DNA of 64,000 nt from a virus. Positions 7,980 through 17,053 of the stretch are shown piece by piece. The notes under the pieces are model-generated. The model saw only the letters and a list, made by a program, of their open reading frames with translations, was not told where the DNA came from and ran no database searches. The stretch's first letter is position 1; the number at the start of each line of letters is the position of its first letter. The position numbers and the translations under genes are program-made. The stretch covers positions 32,001-96,000 of the IMG/VR virus record IMGVR_UViG_3300046804_003518; one strand, 5' to 3'.

Positions 7980-10549
7980 TGGCAAATATAATCAAAATTA
8001 AAAGAAGTGCGGCAACAGCGGCACCAACAACACTAAACGAAGGCGAGTTAGCGTTTTCGTATCTATCAGGTAAACTATTCATAGGCAACAGCTCAGCTGT
8101 AATCCCTATCGGTGGTACCCACAATCCTGGCGTACTAACAGCTAACCAAGCCCTTGTTGCAAACGCTTCAAGCGCAATTGACAAAATTATTGTCGCCAAC
8201 TTACAACCAACATATATCTACGCCAATGGTGCATCTGGCACAGCTGGCCAAGTTCTTCTATCAAATTCAACCGGTGGTGTCTATTGGGGCACCGCTGCAT
8301 CTGATCTAGATTCTTTAACAGACGTTACACTATCATCTGTTGCCAATAATCAGTTACTTGTCTACGATAATACTGCCGGCCAATGGGAAAACCATTCAAT
8401 TTCTGGCAACGCAAATCAGACAAATGTTGCGTTCAATTCCCAAAATATTACAATCAGCCTAACGCCTTCAGTTAATGTAGATACATCGATTGCTGTTGGT
8501 GGCAATGTTATTATTAATGCCTCAGCATTGTTTATTGGTAACTCTACAGTTAATTCAGTCGTCAATGCTACCCACGTAACAACAAACACATTTAACATTG
8601 CTGGTGGTATTGCAGTTGGCTCAAATGTATCGATCAATACATCAACAATCTTTATTGGCAATTCAACTGTCAATACAACAATCCAAGCTGGTAATATTGC
8701 CCTACGTGGTACACAGCTAACAATTGGCAACACATTATTTGATGGTACATTAATTAGCGTTGGCAACTCCACAGTTAATACTGTTGTCAACTCAACATCT
8801 GTAACAACCAATATTCTTTATGCAACAAATGCTGAAATTTCATCATCAGCTAATGTTGGTGGTAACATTACAGCAAGAGCAAACGTAACGGTTAATGGTG
8901 CTCTAACAGTTGCCAACACAGCATCTCTTGGCAACACAACAGTTAGTCAGACATTAACAGTTGGCAACAGTACAGTTAACGTATCAATCAACGCAACATC
9001 AATTGCAGTTGGACCAAACGTAGCTGTAACCCAAAGTACAATTACCGTTGGCAACTCAACTGTTAATGCAGTTGTCAACTCAACATCTATTAATGTAGGC
9101 ACAACAGGTACAATTGTTGGCCATAGAGTACTTTCATCAAATATTACTCTACAGGCTCCAAACAATGGTAACTATGATGGTGAAAGATTCCGTCTATACG
9201 ACTTTGGAGATAGTAGAGTACACTATTCGATGGGTGTCGAGGGTGGCCACATTTGGACGGCTGTCGACAATTCATCTAACTCAATAGGCTTCAAGTGGTA
9301 CGGTAATACAGTCCTAGCTGCCCGCTTGGGTGGTACTGGTACTCTAGAGCTAAAGGGCGATTTATACACTGATGCAGTTGCCCACGTTAACTCAGCATTG
9401 TATGTTGGTAGCACATCAACAAATGTTACAATTAATTCAACATCTCTAGCAGTTGGTTCAAATGTAACTCTTGATACAGGTGTGTTGGTAATTGGCAACT
9501 CAACTGTCAATACGACAATCAACTCATCATCAATTAGTACTGGTGCTCTAAACATTGGCAATACAACCATTAATGGTTGGGCCAATGTCATTGGTGACTT
9601 TACTGCCCACTCCAATGTACAGCTAGGTAATAGCTTTGGTGTTGATGTAGTATCGTTCAAGGCAACAGTCAACACAGAAATCACACCATCCGCAAACAAC
9701 ACTCAGAAGTTGGGTCGTGCTGATCTGAGATGGGGTGAAGTAAACGCCAACAACGTACTAGCAACAAATGTTGCTATTGACTCAGTACTAACTGTAAATG
9801 GCAATACAAAACTTGGCGATGCTTCTTCCGACGTTGTATCGTTTATTGGTAAAGTTAATACCCATATTATTCCATCAGCCAACCTAACATACAGCTTAGG
9901 TAACAACACTCTATATTGGGCTGAAGTTCACACTGGTAATGTTCATGCTGATTATGGTTACTTTAACCAAGATGTTGCAATTTATGGTGACTTGACTGTA
10001 TCTGGCAATCTTGTCACTACAAATGTTCAGTCGGTAGTCATTTCTGATCCATTGATCTACCTAGCTGGTAACAACTACGCAGCTGACCTAGTTGATATTG
10101 GTTTTGTTGGTAACTACCATGTTGGCGGCGCAAACCTCCACACTGGTTTGTTTAGAGATGCATCTGTTGATCAATACTACTTGTTCAAGGGGCTAACCCA
10201 AGAGCTTGATGGCGTACTAACAGTTAATACGGCAGACCCAACATTTGCCATTGCTGATTTGAATGCATACTTGCTATCAGGTGCGTTGGTATCCAACGCT
10301 CTAGCAGTCACAATTACAGCCAACTCAACTGTCAATGTTAATATTACAGCCAACAGCTTATCCCTATCAACTGCCCTTGCAGTAGGTTCAGGTGGTACAG
10401 GCTTGTCAACTGTTACATCTAAGGGTGTTCTATATGGTAACACTACTGGCCCACTAGGTGTTACATCTGCTGGTACAGACGGTCAAGTACTTCAGGCCAA
10501 TGCATCTGGCTACCCAGTATTTGCGGATCTTGATGGTGGCACATTCTAA
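7979..10549 (+). CDS. Long tail fibre protein (gp36/gp37-like N-terminal anchor)
   Basis: N-terminus IKIKRS...P..L.EGELA resembles T4 gp37 IQFKRS...EGELAINL. Repeated (I/V)GNSTVN..(I/V)N.(S/T) strands and P.AN.TY.LG....W fibre motifs; ends in LDGGTF. Confidence 0.8.
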   Translation: MANIIKIKRSAATAAPTTLNEGELAFSYLSGKLFIGNSSAVIPIGGTHNPGVLTANQALVANASSAIDKIIVANLQPTYIYANGASGTAGQVLLSNSTGGVYWGTAASDLDSLTDVTLSSVANNQLLVYDNTAGQWENHSISGNANQTNVAFNSQNITISLTPSVNVDTSIAVGGNVIINASALFIGNSTVNSVVNATHVTTNTFNIAGGIAVGSNVSINTSTIFIGNSTVNTTIQAGNIALRGTQLTIGNTLFDGTLISVGNSTVNTVVNSTSVTTNILYATNAEISSSANVGGNITARANVTVNGALTVANTASLGNTTVSQTLTVGNSTVNVSINATSIAVGPNVAVTQSTITVGNSTVNAVVNSTSINVGTTGTIVGHRVLSSNITLQAPNNGNYDGERFRLYDFGDSRVHYSMGVEGGHIWTAVDNSSNSIGFKWYGNTVLAARLGGTGTLELKGDLYTDAVAHVNSALYVGSTSTNVTINSTSLAVGSNVTLDTGVLVIGNSTVNTTINSSSISTGALNIGNTTINGWANVIGDFTAHSNVQLGNSFGVDVVSFKATVNTEITPSANNTQKLGRADLRWGEVNANNVLATNVAIDSVLTVNGNTKLGDASSDVVSFIGKVNTHIIPSANLTYSLGNNTLYWAEVHTGNVHADYGYFNQDVAIYGDLTVSGNLVTTNVQSVVISDPLIYLAGNNYAADLVDIGFVGNYHVGGANLHTGLFRDASVDQYYLFKGLTQELDGVLTVNTADPTFAIADLNAYLLSGALVSNALAVTITANSTVNVNITANSLSLSTALAVGSGGTGLSTVTSKGVLYGNTTGPLGVTSAGTDGQVLQANASGYPVFADLDGGTF

Positions 10550-10558
10550 GAGGTTTAA

Positions 10559-10795
10559 ATGGAAAATAATGATTTGGTTGAAAAGGTATTCAACAATTAC
10601 AGAAATGCGTGGATAGAAGCTTCAAGTTTAAATATTGTACAAAAATCACAGTTAGAGATAGCAAACGAAAATATTAAGAAACTAGAAGAACAAATACAAG
10701 AACAAAACAATACTATTACGAAATTAAAGAATCAGATTGAAGCAATTAGGAACGTAAAGCCTGCTCAGCAAGCACCAAAACAAGAACAAAAGTAA
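10559..10795 (+). CDS. Small coiled-coil protein, possible fibre assembly chaperone
   Basis: Heptad-rich LEIANENIKKLEEQIQEQNNTITKLKNQIEAI; RBS GAGG. Confidence 0.55.
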   Translation: MENNDLVEKVFNNYRNAWIEASSLNIVQKSQLEIANENIKKLEEQIQEQNNTITKLKNQIEAIRNVKPAQQAPKQEQK

Positions 10796-10813
10796 GCTTC
10801 AAATCTCAACTGG

Positions 10814-10846
10814 GGCTACGTATAAATAGATACGTAGCCTTTTTTT
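10814..10846 (+). terminator. Intrinsic terminator whose loop contains a late promoter (TATAAATA 10821-10828)
   Basis: GGCTACGTA-taaataga-TACGTAGCC followed by T7. Confidence 0.85.
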
Positions 10847-10858
10847 ATAGGGTTTGAA

Positions 10859-13800
10859 ATGACCACCCCAACGACACCAGCCAATGCATTAGATGTATCC
10901 GACATTAGGGATGAAATTAACCCTGGTGATGGTTCTGGTATTCAACAAGATGTTGGGGCAAACGCTGTTGTCAGACAGCTGACAGGGTCCCTTGCAAAAT
11001 CTAAGCAGGGAACAGAGATCCTTTTTAGTGATCTGAGCAATAAGATTGGCTTCTCAGAAATTTATACAACATCGACAACAAATACCCAAGGCGGTATTGC
11101 AATTGTAGGAAGCCCAATAACAGCTGAGCTTACTCTGCAGGCTAACAGCGACATGTATGATCCATTGCTAACGTGGACATACACAATTGATAGCGGATCA
11201 GATAATATAACAGCTAGCGATATAACAGTAACAAAACCAAATAGTAAAACTGCTGTAATCAAACTTGCATCTGCAAGTGGCGCTAAGGTTGCTAACCTCA
11301 CAGTAACTGGCGTAATGACAGTTGATGGTCATACAGTCAATACATGTACTAAAAATATTAAGTTAACAGTTAATGCTGTCAACACAGCTTTCCAAGTTAT
11401 AGCTACTCCAAGCTTCACTATCAATTCAACTGGAGTTGCAGCACAGACAGCATTTGTTACAGTAACAGCAACATCAAATGCTTCATTGGCTGGAACAACA
11501 TATAGATTCACACCAACATATTTGTCAGGCACTGGACCAATTACACCTAGCTTTACGTTTAATGGCGTAATGCCAGGTATTGGTGATAGCGTATCGTTTG
11601 GTGTTACGGCGGCAACTCCATTAGTAAATGCTGTTGTATATTCGCTGTTATCAGAAATGATTAATGATGGTAAGGTTGTCGCGTCAAACACTTCTACCAT
11701 TGACATTAGAGCTCATTTTATTGATAGGCAGATTACATCTTTAACTCCAGCTGCTTTATCAAATAATCAATTCTCAAATTCTGCTAGTCAGTATTCAACA
11801 ATTGATATAACGGCTGTCCATAATTCTGTAGCACCAACATATGCTCAAGGCACGATCACATTTACTCTTGAAACAACTGGCGACACTGTCACTCAGCAAA
11901 CATTATCATCTAATAGTTCTGCTAAAGTAGAAAGAATCAGTCTCTATCACAATAAAGATACAGATGGGTTTGGCTTTAAGAAAGCAACTGTTGTAGTGCT
12001 AGCAACACTAAGAGCTTCTGATAATACAATTATGGATCAGAAGAGATCCGCTCCAATTACATTGAGAGCAGGCACCTACGGATTAACTCTCAATAAGCCT
12101 CCATCAAATACTCAGATTGGTTTTAGTGCCCAAACTGCAACCTCTATTGGTTCAGCCACATGGGGTGCTGGTAACTTTGCTTGGTCTATAAGACAATTTA
12201 ATGGAAGTGGTCCAGAGCTCACACAAGACAATCAGCCTAAAGCATCTACGATTAATATCAGAGCAACAACGCCATCTGGTAAGAATGCTACACAAACAAT
12301 TTCAAATACATGTAATTATGATTTGACAGCTACGTTATCCTATGATGGTATTACAATTGTTAATACAGTACTAAGTGACATTTTAATTAGTGCTCAGTCG
12401 CAAGCATATACTTATAGCATTTCAACTCCAGCTACCTCAAATGTACAGATGGAAGTAAGTGCTGTAGCAGAATCAAGAATTGTTATTAATGCTACCAAAT
12501 CCACAGGTACGATTACGTGGACAAAAAATAATACGAATGTAGGTATTGAAACAAATCCAACTTCTGCGCTAGTAGAGGTTGTATCACCAGTCGTTGGTGG
12601 TTCTAACACCCAAGATGTTGTGGTTACTGGTACACTATATGATGCAAGCTCGAGAGTAATTGAGGCATTATCTACCCCAACAATTACTCTTGATGCTGCC
12701 ACAACTAAATTGGCAATTAGTGGAGAAAATGTAACCAAGTCTTCAGACAACAAAACAGATACAGCCACTGGCATTTATGAAACAAGTGCAGTTGTTGGTA
12801 ATCATAAGTTTAGATTTCCTCCTACAAAACATGGTGGTAATGATTTACAGGTGGTATTAGAAAGTCCACAGAGAATGTCTATTACTGCTAGTGCAACACA
12901 AGCATCTAACTCTGGTAGTTATGAGCTCACTGCTGAAGTTAATTATAAGGGTGTTATAAGAACTGTTCAAAAAGATGTCACAGTTACAATTAATGCTCTT
13001 GCTCCATCATTAACAGTTACCAAATATCCATACACATATTCAGAATATATTACAATAGATAGTGATGTCTACGCATTCAGCGGCCAAGCAATTAATTATT
13101 TAATTGAGAATGGTGGATATGTTAATGGTGGAGTTGGAACAACAATATACAACACATTCAATGGTATTGACTTTGTTGCCACAACTGATTATCCAGGTTC
13201 AATCAATACTAATTTTACTATAACAAGAGTTGTCAATATTATTGATCCTAATGCAGTGGTTAATGGTCCATTCTACAATCAAGCAGCTAATACAAGCGCT
13301 GCACCAGCTGGATATCCAGCAACATCTGGTGGAAAGAAAAGAAGAGATAGAATTCAATCAACCCTTGGCACTCCACAGACACTTGTATATAATATTACAT
13401 ACGAATTGAGAGATCTTAATAATAATGTATTAATATCTAATACTGTAAGCGATAGTATTATTAGTCAACCACCATCAGATGGTAGTGCTAAGTTGTCCTC
13501 AGGAACTGCTGGTGGCAAATATTTTACATTTACACAAAGACCTAATGGCGCATATGGCTACCCTCAACCACACCCATCGCAAGTTACATATAACCAGAAT
13601 GTAGCATTCACAGCATCATATACAAGCACACAAACAATTCCATCTCCTGAGTTTGTCTTCAGTACCACTGGTGGTGTCTTATATGCCAATACTACAAATG
13701 GACAAGCCAACTTAGTTGGTCAGTCAATATATAATGACACTGGTCCAGAATTTAATTTTGCAATTCCGACAGTAACTAATCTTAATAATTCTGTAACTCT

Positions 13801-14569
13801 AAGTGCTCAGTTATCTTCAGGTGGTTATCTATTAGGTAAGCCTGCAACCCAAAATTATACCTTCAGCTTACCAATGCCACCAGGTAAATGTTATTACCTG
13901 CCAATATACAATTATGGTGTGAGACAGCAACACACAAGAGACCCATTTGGTTACAACAATGAGCAAGTTGATTACTCAAGAGTTCCTTCACAAGGAACTT
14001 TAGCTGGTCCAGAAACAAAATGGATTGGTACCCATGATGGTAGTAGAATTTATGAACAGTCCCAAAGACCTCTATATGCAGCAGACGGTACTAGATACTA
14101 TAGTAGCGAGTCGCATAGAACAACTCACCAATCAACTTATCCAAAAGAACTAAGATATCCAAGCAAGATAATCCCATCGGATTATTTTATGGTTCTTTCA
14201 TTTTCTGAAACAGGGTCAGCATATATTGGCCAGATATCTTTAATTGGTTCTGATAATAATGTGTATACTCTTGGTCCTAGCAATCTGTGGGCCTCAGGCA
14301 GCCAAAATGATACAAGCAGAGATAATGATGCATTTGAATGGTTCATATATACTTGGTCACCACCAGCTGGTGTAACATTTACATATGCATTCATTTCCAA
14401 TGTTGCAGGTGCGGTTGCTCCTCCTCCATTCAGCGCAACACCTCTTACGTTTACAGCAGTACAGCCAGGCAATGTTTTGGTTGGGCAAAATGTCAATCTA
14501 AATATTGGAACAGTATCTGGCGGATTAGTTGAAGAAGACTTTTACGTTGACCCAGGCGGAGTATTTTAA
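10859..14569 (+). CDS. Large adhesin/receptor-binding-like virion protein with tandem beta-sandwich domains
   Basis: N-terminal LDVSDIRDE...I.FSDL..K resembles fibre-tip attachment domains of monomeric adhesins. S/T/V-rich beta-strand repeats; Tyr/Trp-rich C-terminal region. Confidence 0.6.
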   Translation: MTTPTTPANALDVSDIRDEINPGDGSGIQQDVGANAVVRQLTGSLAKSKQGTEILFSDLSNKIGFSEIYTTSTTNTQGGIAIVGSPITAELTLQANSDMYDPLLTWTYTIDSGSDNITASDITVTKPNSKTAVIKLASASGAKVANLTVTGVMTVDGHTVNTCTKNIKLTVNAVNTAFQVIATPSFTINSTGVAAQTAFVTVTATSNASLAGTTYRFTPTYLSGTGPITPSFTFNGVMPGIGDSVSFGVTAATPLVNAVVYSLLSEMINDGKVVASNTSTIDIRAHFIDRQITSLTPAALSNNQFSNSASQYSTIDITAVHNSVAPTYAQGTITFTLETTGDTVTQQTLSSNSSAKVERISLYHNKDTDGFGFKKATVVVLATLRASDNTIMDQKRSAPITLRAGTYGLTLNKPPSNTQIGFSAQTATSIGSATWGAGNFAWSIRQFNGSGPELTQDNQPKASTINIRATTPSGKNATQTISNTCNYDLTATLSYDGITIVNTVLSDILISAQSQAYTYSISTPATSNVQMEVSAVAESRIVINATKSTGTITWTKNNTNVGIETNPTSALVEVVSPVVGGSNTQDVVVTGTLYDASSRVIEALSTPTITLDAATTKLAISGENVTKSSDNKTDTATGIYETSAVVGNHKFRFPPTKHGGNDLQVVLESPQRMSITASATQASNSGSYELTAEVNYKGVIRTVQKDVTVTINALAPSLTVTKYPYTYSEYITIDSDVYAFSGQAINYLIENGGYVNGGVGTTIYNTFNGIDFVATTDYPGSINTNFTITRVVNIIDPNAVVNGPFYNQAANTSAAPAGYPATSGGKKRRDRIQSTLGTPQTLVYNITYELRDLNNNVLISNTVSDSIISQPPSDGSAKLSSGTAGGKYFTFTQRPNGAYGYPQPHPSQVTYNQNVAFTASYTSTQTIPSPEFVFSTTGGVLYANTTNGQANLVGQSIYNDTGPEFNFAIPTVTNLNNSVTLSAQLSSGGYLLGKPATQNYTFSLPMPPGKCYYLPIYNYGVRQQHTRDPFGYNNEQVDYSRVPSQGTLAGPETKWIGTHDGSRIYEQSQRPLYAADGTRYYSSESHRTTHQSTYPKELRYPSKIIPSDYFMVLSFSETGSAYIGQISLIGSDNNVYTLGPSNLWASGSQNDTSRDNDAFEWFIYTWSPPAGVTFTYAFISNVAGAVAPPPFSATPLTFTAVQPGNVLVGQNVNLNIGTVSGGLVEEDFYVDPGGVF

Positions 14570-16983
14570 TGCCTTACAAATGGACATTGACAAGTGGCAA
14601 TTTGCCTCCTGGTCTTTCACTTCAAACTCTTAATAGTGGTAGAAGTGGATTTCTTGTTGGTAAGCCTACCCAGATTGGTACCTATAATTGGCGTTATACT
14701 ATAACAGACGACCAGTCACCAACTCCTGCTTCAACATATGCTGACTACGCAATGACTGTATCAGGATCATTAGTATTAACTGGTTACCTAGTTGATGATG
14801 GTGGTAGATTGCCACCAATGACAAAAAATGTATCTCTAGATGGTTCATTTTCTAATAGGCTACTTGTAACTGAGCTTGGCGCACATAGCAGTACATTTAG
14901 TGTTACAGTAATTGGTGGCACAAAACCATCATGGTTAACAATTAGTGTTACACCAACAGTCAATCAATTAGCCTATACTGGCAAATTTTGCTTTGCATCA
15001 ATTAACTTCACAGGTACACCAACCGAAGCGATTGCAACCCAGTTTACAATAAGAGTAACCTCCTCATCAGGTGCATTTCAAGATTTGCCTGTTTCAATTT
15101 CAGTGGGTAGTGTAACCACAACATCACCACAAGTTGATACGTTCTATACACTAACCGCCGACAAGACTCAAATATCAGAAGGTGAGTCAGTTACATTTAC
15201 ACTTGTAACTGCAAACTATAATGATGGGGATGTAATTCCTTGGCAAATAGAACCAGGTACAGGATTCACTACATCAGATGTTGTTGGTGGTCAGTTTAGT
15301 GGCAACTTTACTCTAACGACAGTTGTTGATCGTGTGCCAATCTTCCAATCAATTGGTGGTATACTAAGCGAATATCTTGTGGGATATCAAGAAACAAAAT
15401 ACCAGACAGCCAGCGTAACAGTCACTGCTAGTGCTGATGTTAGTACGGAAGGTATTGAATATTTTAGATTTAAATTGCCTACAATCATTCAGCAGGCTCC
15501 GCCAGGATCTATAACCTATGTTGATATTGGTGTAAAAGATACCTCCCAGGCCGTAGCTGTACCAACATATAGCCTGACTGCTTCACCAACATCAATACAA
15601 GAAGGTGATGTGTTTAGTGCTACACTAACTACAACAAATGTTCCACAGGGAACAAAATTTGCTTATAGGGTTACAGGAATAACATCAACTGATTTAGATG
15701 GTATGCCATTAACTGGTTACTTTACAGTTGGTGCAGATGGTACAAGTACAATTACCTTCTCCACTTTACCAAACGGTTACTATGATCCAAAGACAGCTGT
15801 AATTGCAATCAGCTCATTAAATCTATCAGCAAGAGTTGCAATCGCTGATGCAAACCCAACATACTCGCTATCTGCTTCGGCATCAGCAATTGCAGAGGGT
15901 AAATCAGTATCATTTAATTTAAGAACGACATCTGTTGCTGATGGTACAACATACAATTATAGTATTACAGGGGTATCTTCTGCTGATATTGATAAGCCAT
16001 TAACAGGAACTATTACAGTTAATAATAATAGTGGCGGTATTGTAGTTACAGCACTAAACGATTTAACTACGGAAGGTTTTGAAACAATGACCTTCTCATT
16101 GCCAACCTTGGGGCTAATATCCCAAGTTGTAATTAATGATACTTCTGTCACTCCAGCTCCAATTAATTATTACCTAACATTGACAAATTCAAATGGCATT
16201 AATATGTCATCAAGTTCTGAAATTACAGAAGGGGATTTGTTCTTTATAACTGTTGATGCGTCAGAGGCTGCAATAGGATCTGGTGTAAGATATTCAATTA
16301 GTGGATTACCACAAACAATGTGTAGTATTCCATTAACAGGCACGTGGACACTTTATGATCGCTACCTATCCTTCCTCAATGCTGAATATGTGTCAGCATT
16401 TTATTCAACAGGCGTAACAACAAGTAAGTCTGGTGAAACTAATACTCAAAGAGTTGTAACTGTTACGTTGACAGACCTAGGAATTAGCAATTCATTTAAG
16501 TTGAACAGCCCTATTGTAACAAATACACCTCCCCCATCTCCTCCAAGTGGCAATAAGACACCTTATAACCCACCACCAAAACCTACAACAAATCCATTAA
16601 CACTGTTTGCGTCAACGTCATTACCTAATGGAACTGTTAATGTTTATTATGATTCATCTGTGTATGTTTCCCACACAGGAGGTGTTGCACCTCTTACATG
16701 GGCCGTAACAAGTGGGTCATTACCAGTAGGAATGAGTGGTATTACAGAAAATGAAACAGATGAGGGTAGCTATTTCTACCTTGTTGGTGCGCCAACAACA
16801 GCTGGAACATCAACATTTACAATCACAGCAACAGACTCAGTAGGCGTTTCAAATACATTTGTTGGTTCAATAACTGTTGCTGCTTCCCAATCAGGAACAG
16901 GGGGTGTTGATCCTGGGTCTGGCGGTATTGTTGATAATGTAACTGATCCAGTTGATTTGTGGGAATTGTATCTCGGTGGATAA
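14569..16983 (+). CDS. Virion protein with putative Ig (He_PIG-like) and Calx-beta-like domains
   Basis: PY.W..TSG.LP.GL.L...G.PT..GTY at both ends; repeats of Y.L.A....I.EG..V.F.L.T.....GT...Y.I.G....D. Confidence 0.75.
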   Translation: MPYKWTLTSGNLPPGLSLQTLNSGRSGFLVGKPTQIGTYNWRYTITDDQSPTPASTYADYAMTVSGSLVLTGYLVDDGGRLPPMTKNVSLDGSFSNRLLVTELGAHSSTFSVTVIGGTKPSWLTISVTPTVNQLAYTGKFCFASINFTGTPTEAIATQFTIRVTSSSGAFQDLPVSISVGSVTTTSPQVDTFYTLTADKTQISEGESVTFTLVTANYNDGDVIPWQIEPGTGFTTSDVVGGQFSGNFTLTTVVDRVPIFQSIGGILSEYLVGYQETKYQTASVTVTASADVSTEGIEYFRFKLPTIIQQAPPGSITYVDIGVKDTSQAVAVPTYSLTASPTSIQEGDVFSATLTTTNVPQGTKFAYRVTGITSTDLDGMPLTGYFTVGADGTSTITFSTLPNGYYDPKTAVIAISSLNLSARVAIADANPTYSLSASASAIAEGKSVSFNLRTTSVADGTTYNYSITGVSSADIDKPLTGTITVNNNSGGIVVTALNDLTTEGFETMTFSLPTLGLISQVVINDTSVTPAPINYYLTLTNSNGINMSSSSEITEGDLFFITVDASEAAIGSGVRYSISGLPQTMCSIPLTGTWTLYDRYLSFLNAEYVSAFYSTGVTTSKSGETNTQRVVTVTLTDLGISNSFKLNSPIVTNTPPPSPPSGNKTPYNPPPKPTTNPLTLFASTSLPNGTVNVYYDSSVYVSHTGGVAPLTWAVTSGSLPVGMSGITENETDEGSYFYLVGAPTTAGTSTFTITATDSVGVSNTFVGSITVAASQSGTGGVDPGSGGIVDNVTDPVDLWELYLGG

Positions 16984-16989
16984 TAAATA
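16982..16989 (+). promoter_or_regulatory. Late promoter variant
   Basis: AATAAATA overlapping the stop codon, upstream of the fibre gene at 17054. Confidence 0.55.
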
Positions 16990-16995
16990 ACTGAA

Positions 16996-17035
16996 AGAGG
17001 TTATATAACCTCTACTATATCCCAGTATATACTGG
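16996..17035. repeat. Two perfect palindromes in the leader of the 17054 gene
   Basis: AGAGGTTATATAACCTCT (16996-17013) and CCAGTATATACTGG (17022-17035), both centred on ATAT. Confidence 0.85.
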
Positions 17036-17053
17036 CTAAAATTTGAGGGCCAC

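Noticed and set aside
14551-14571. Programmed -1 frameshift joining ORFs 10859 and 14569
   Set aside because: The -1 frame is open only from 14551, and no X XXY YYZ heptamer or downstream structure is evident. TAATG translational coupling explains the overlap.
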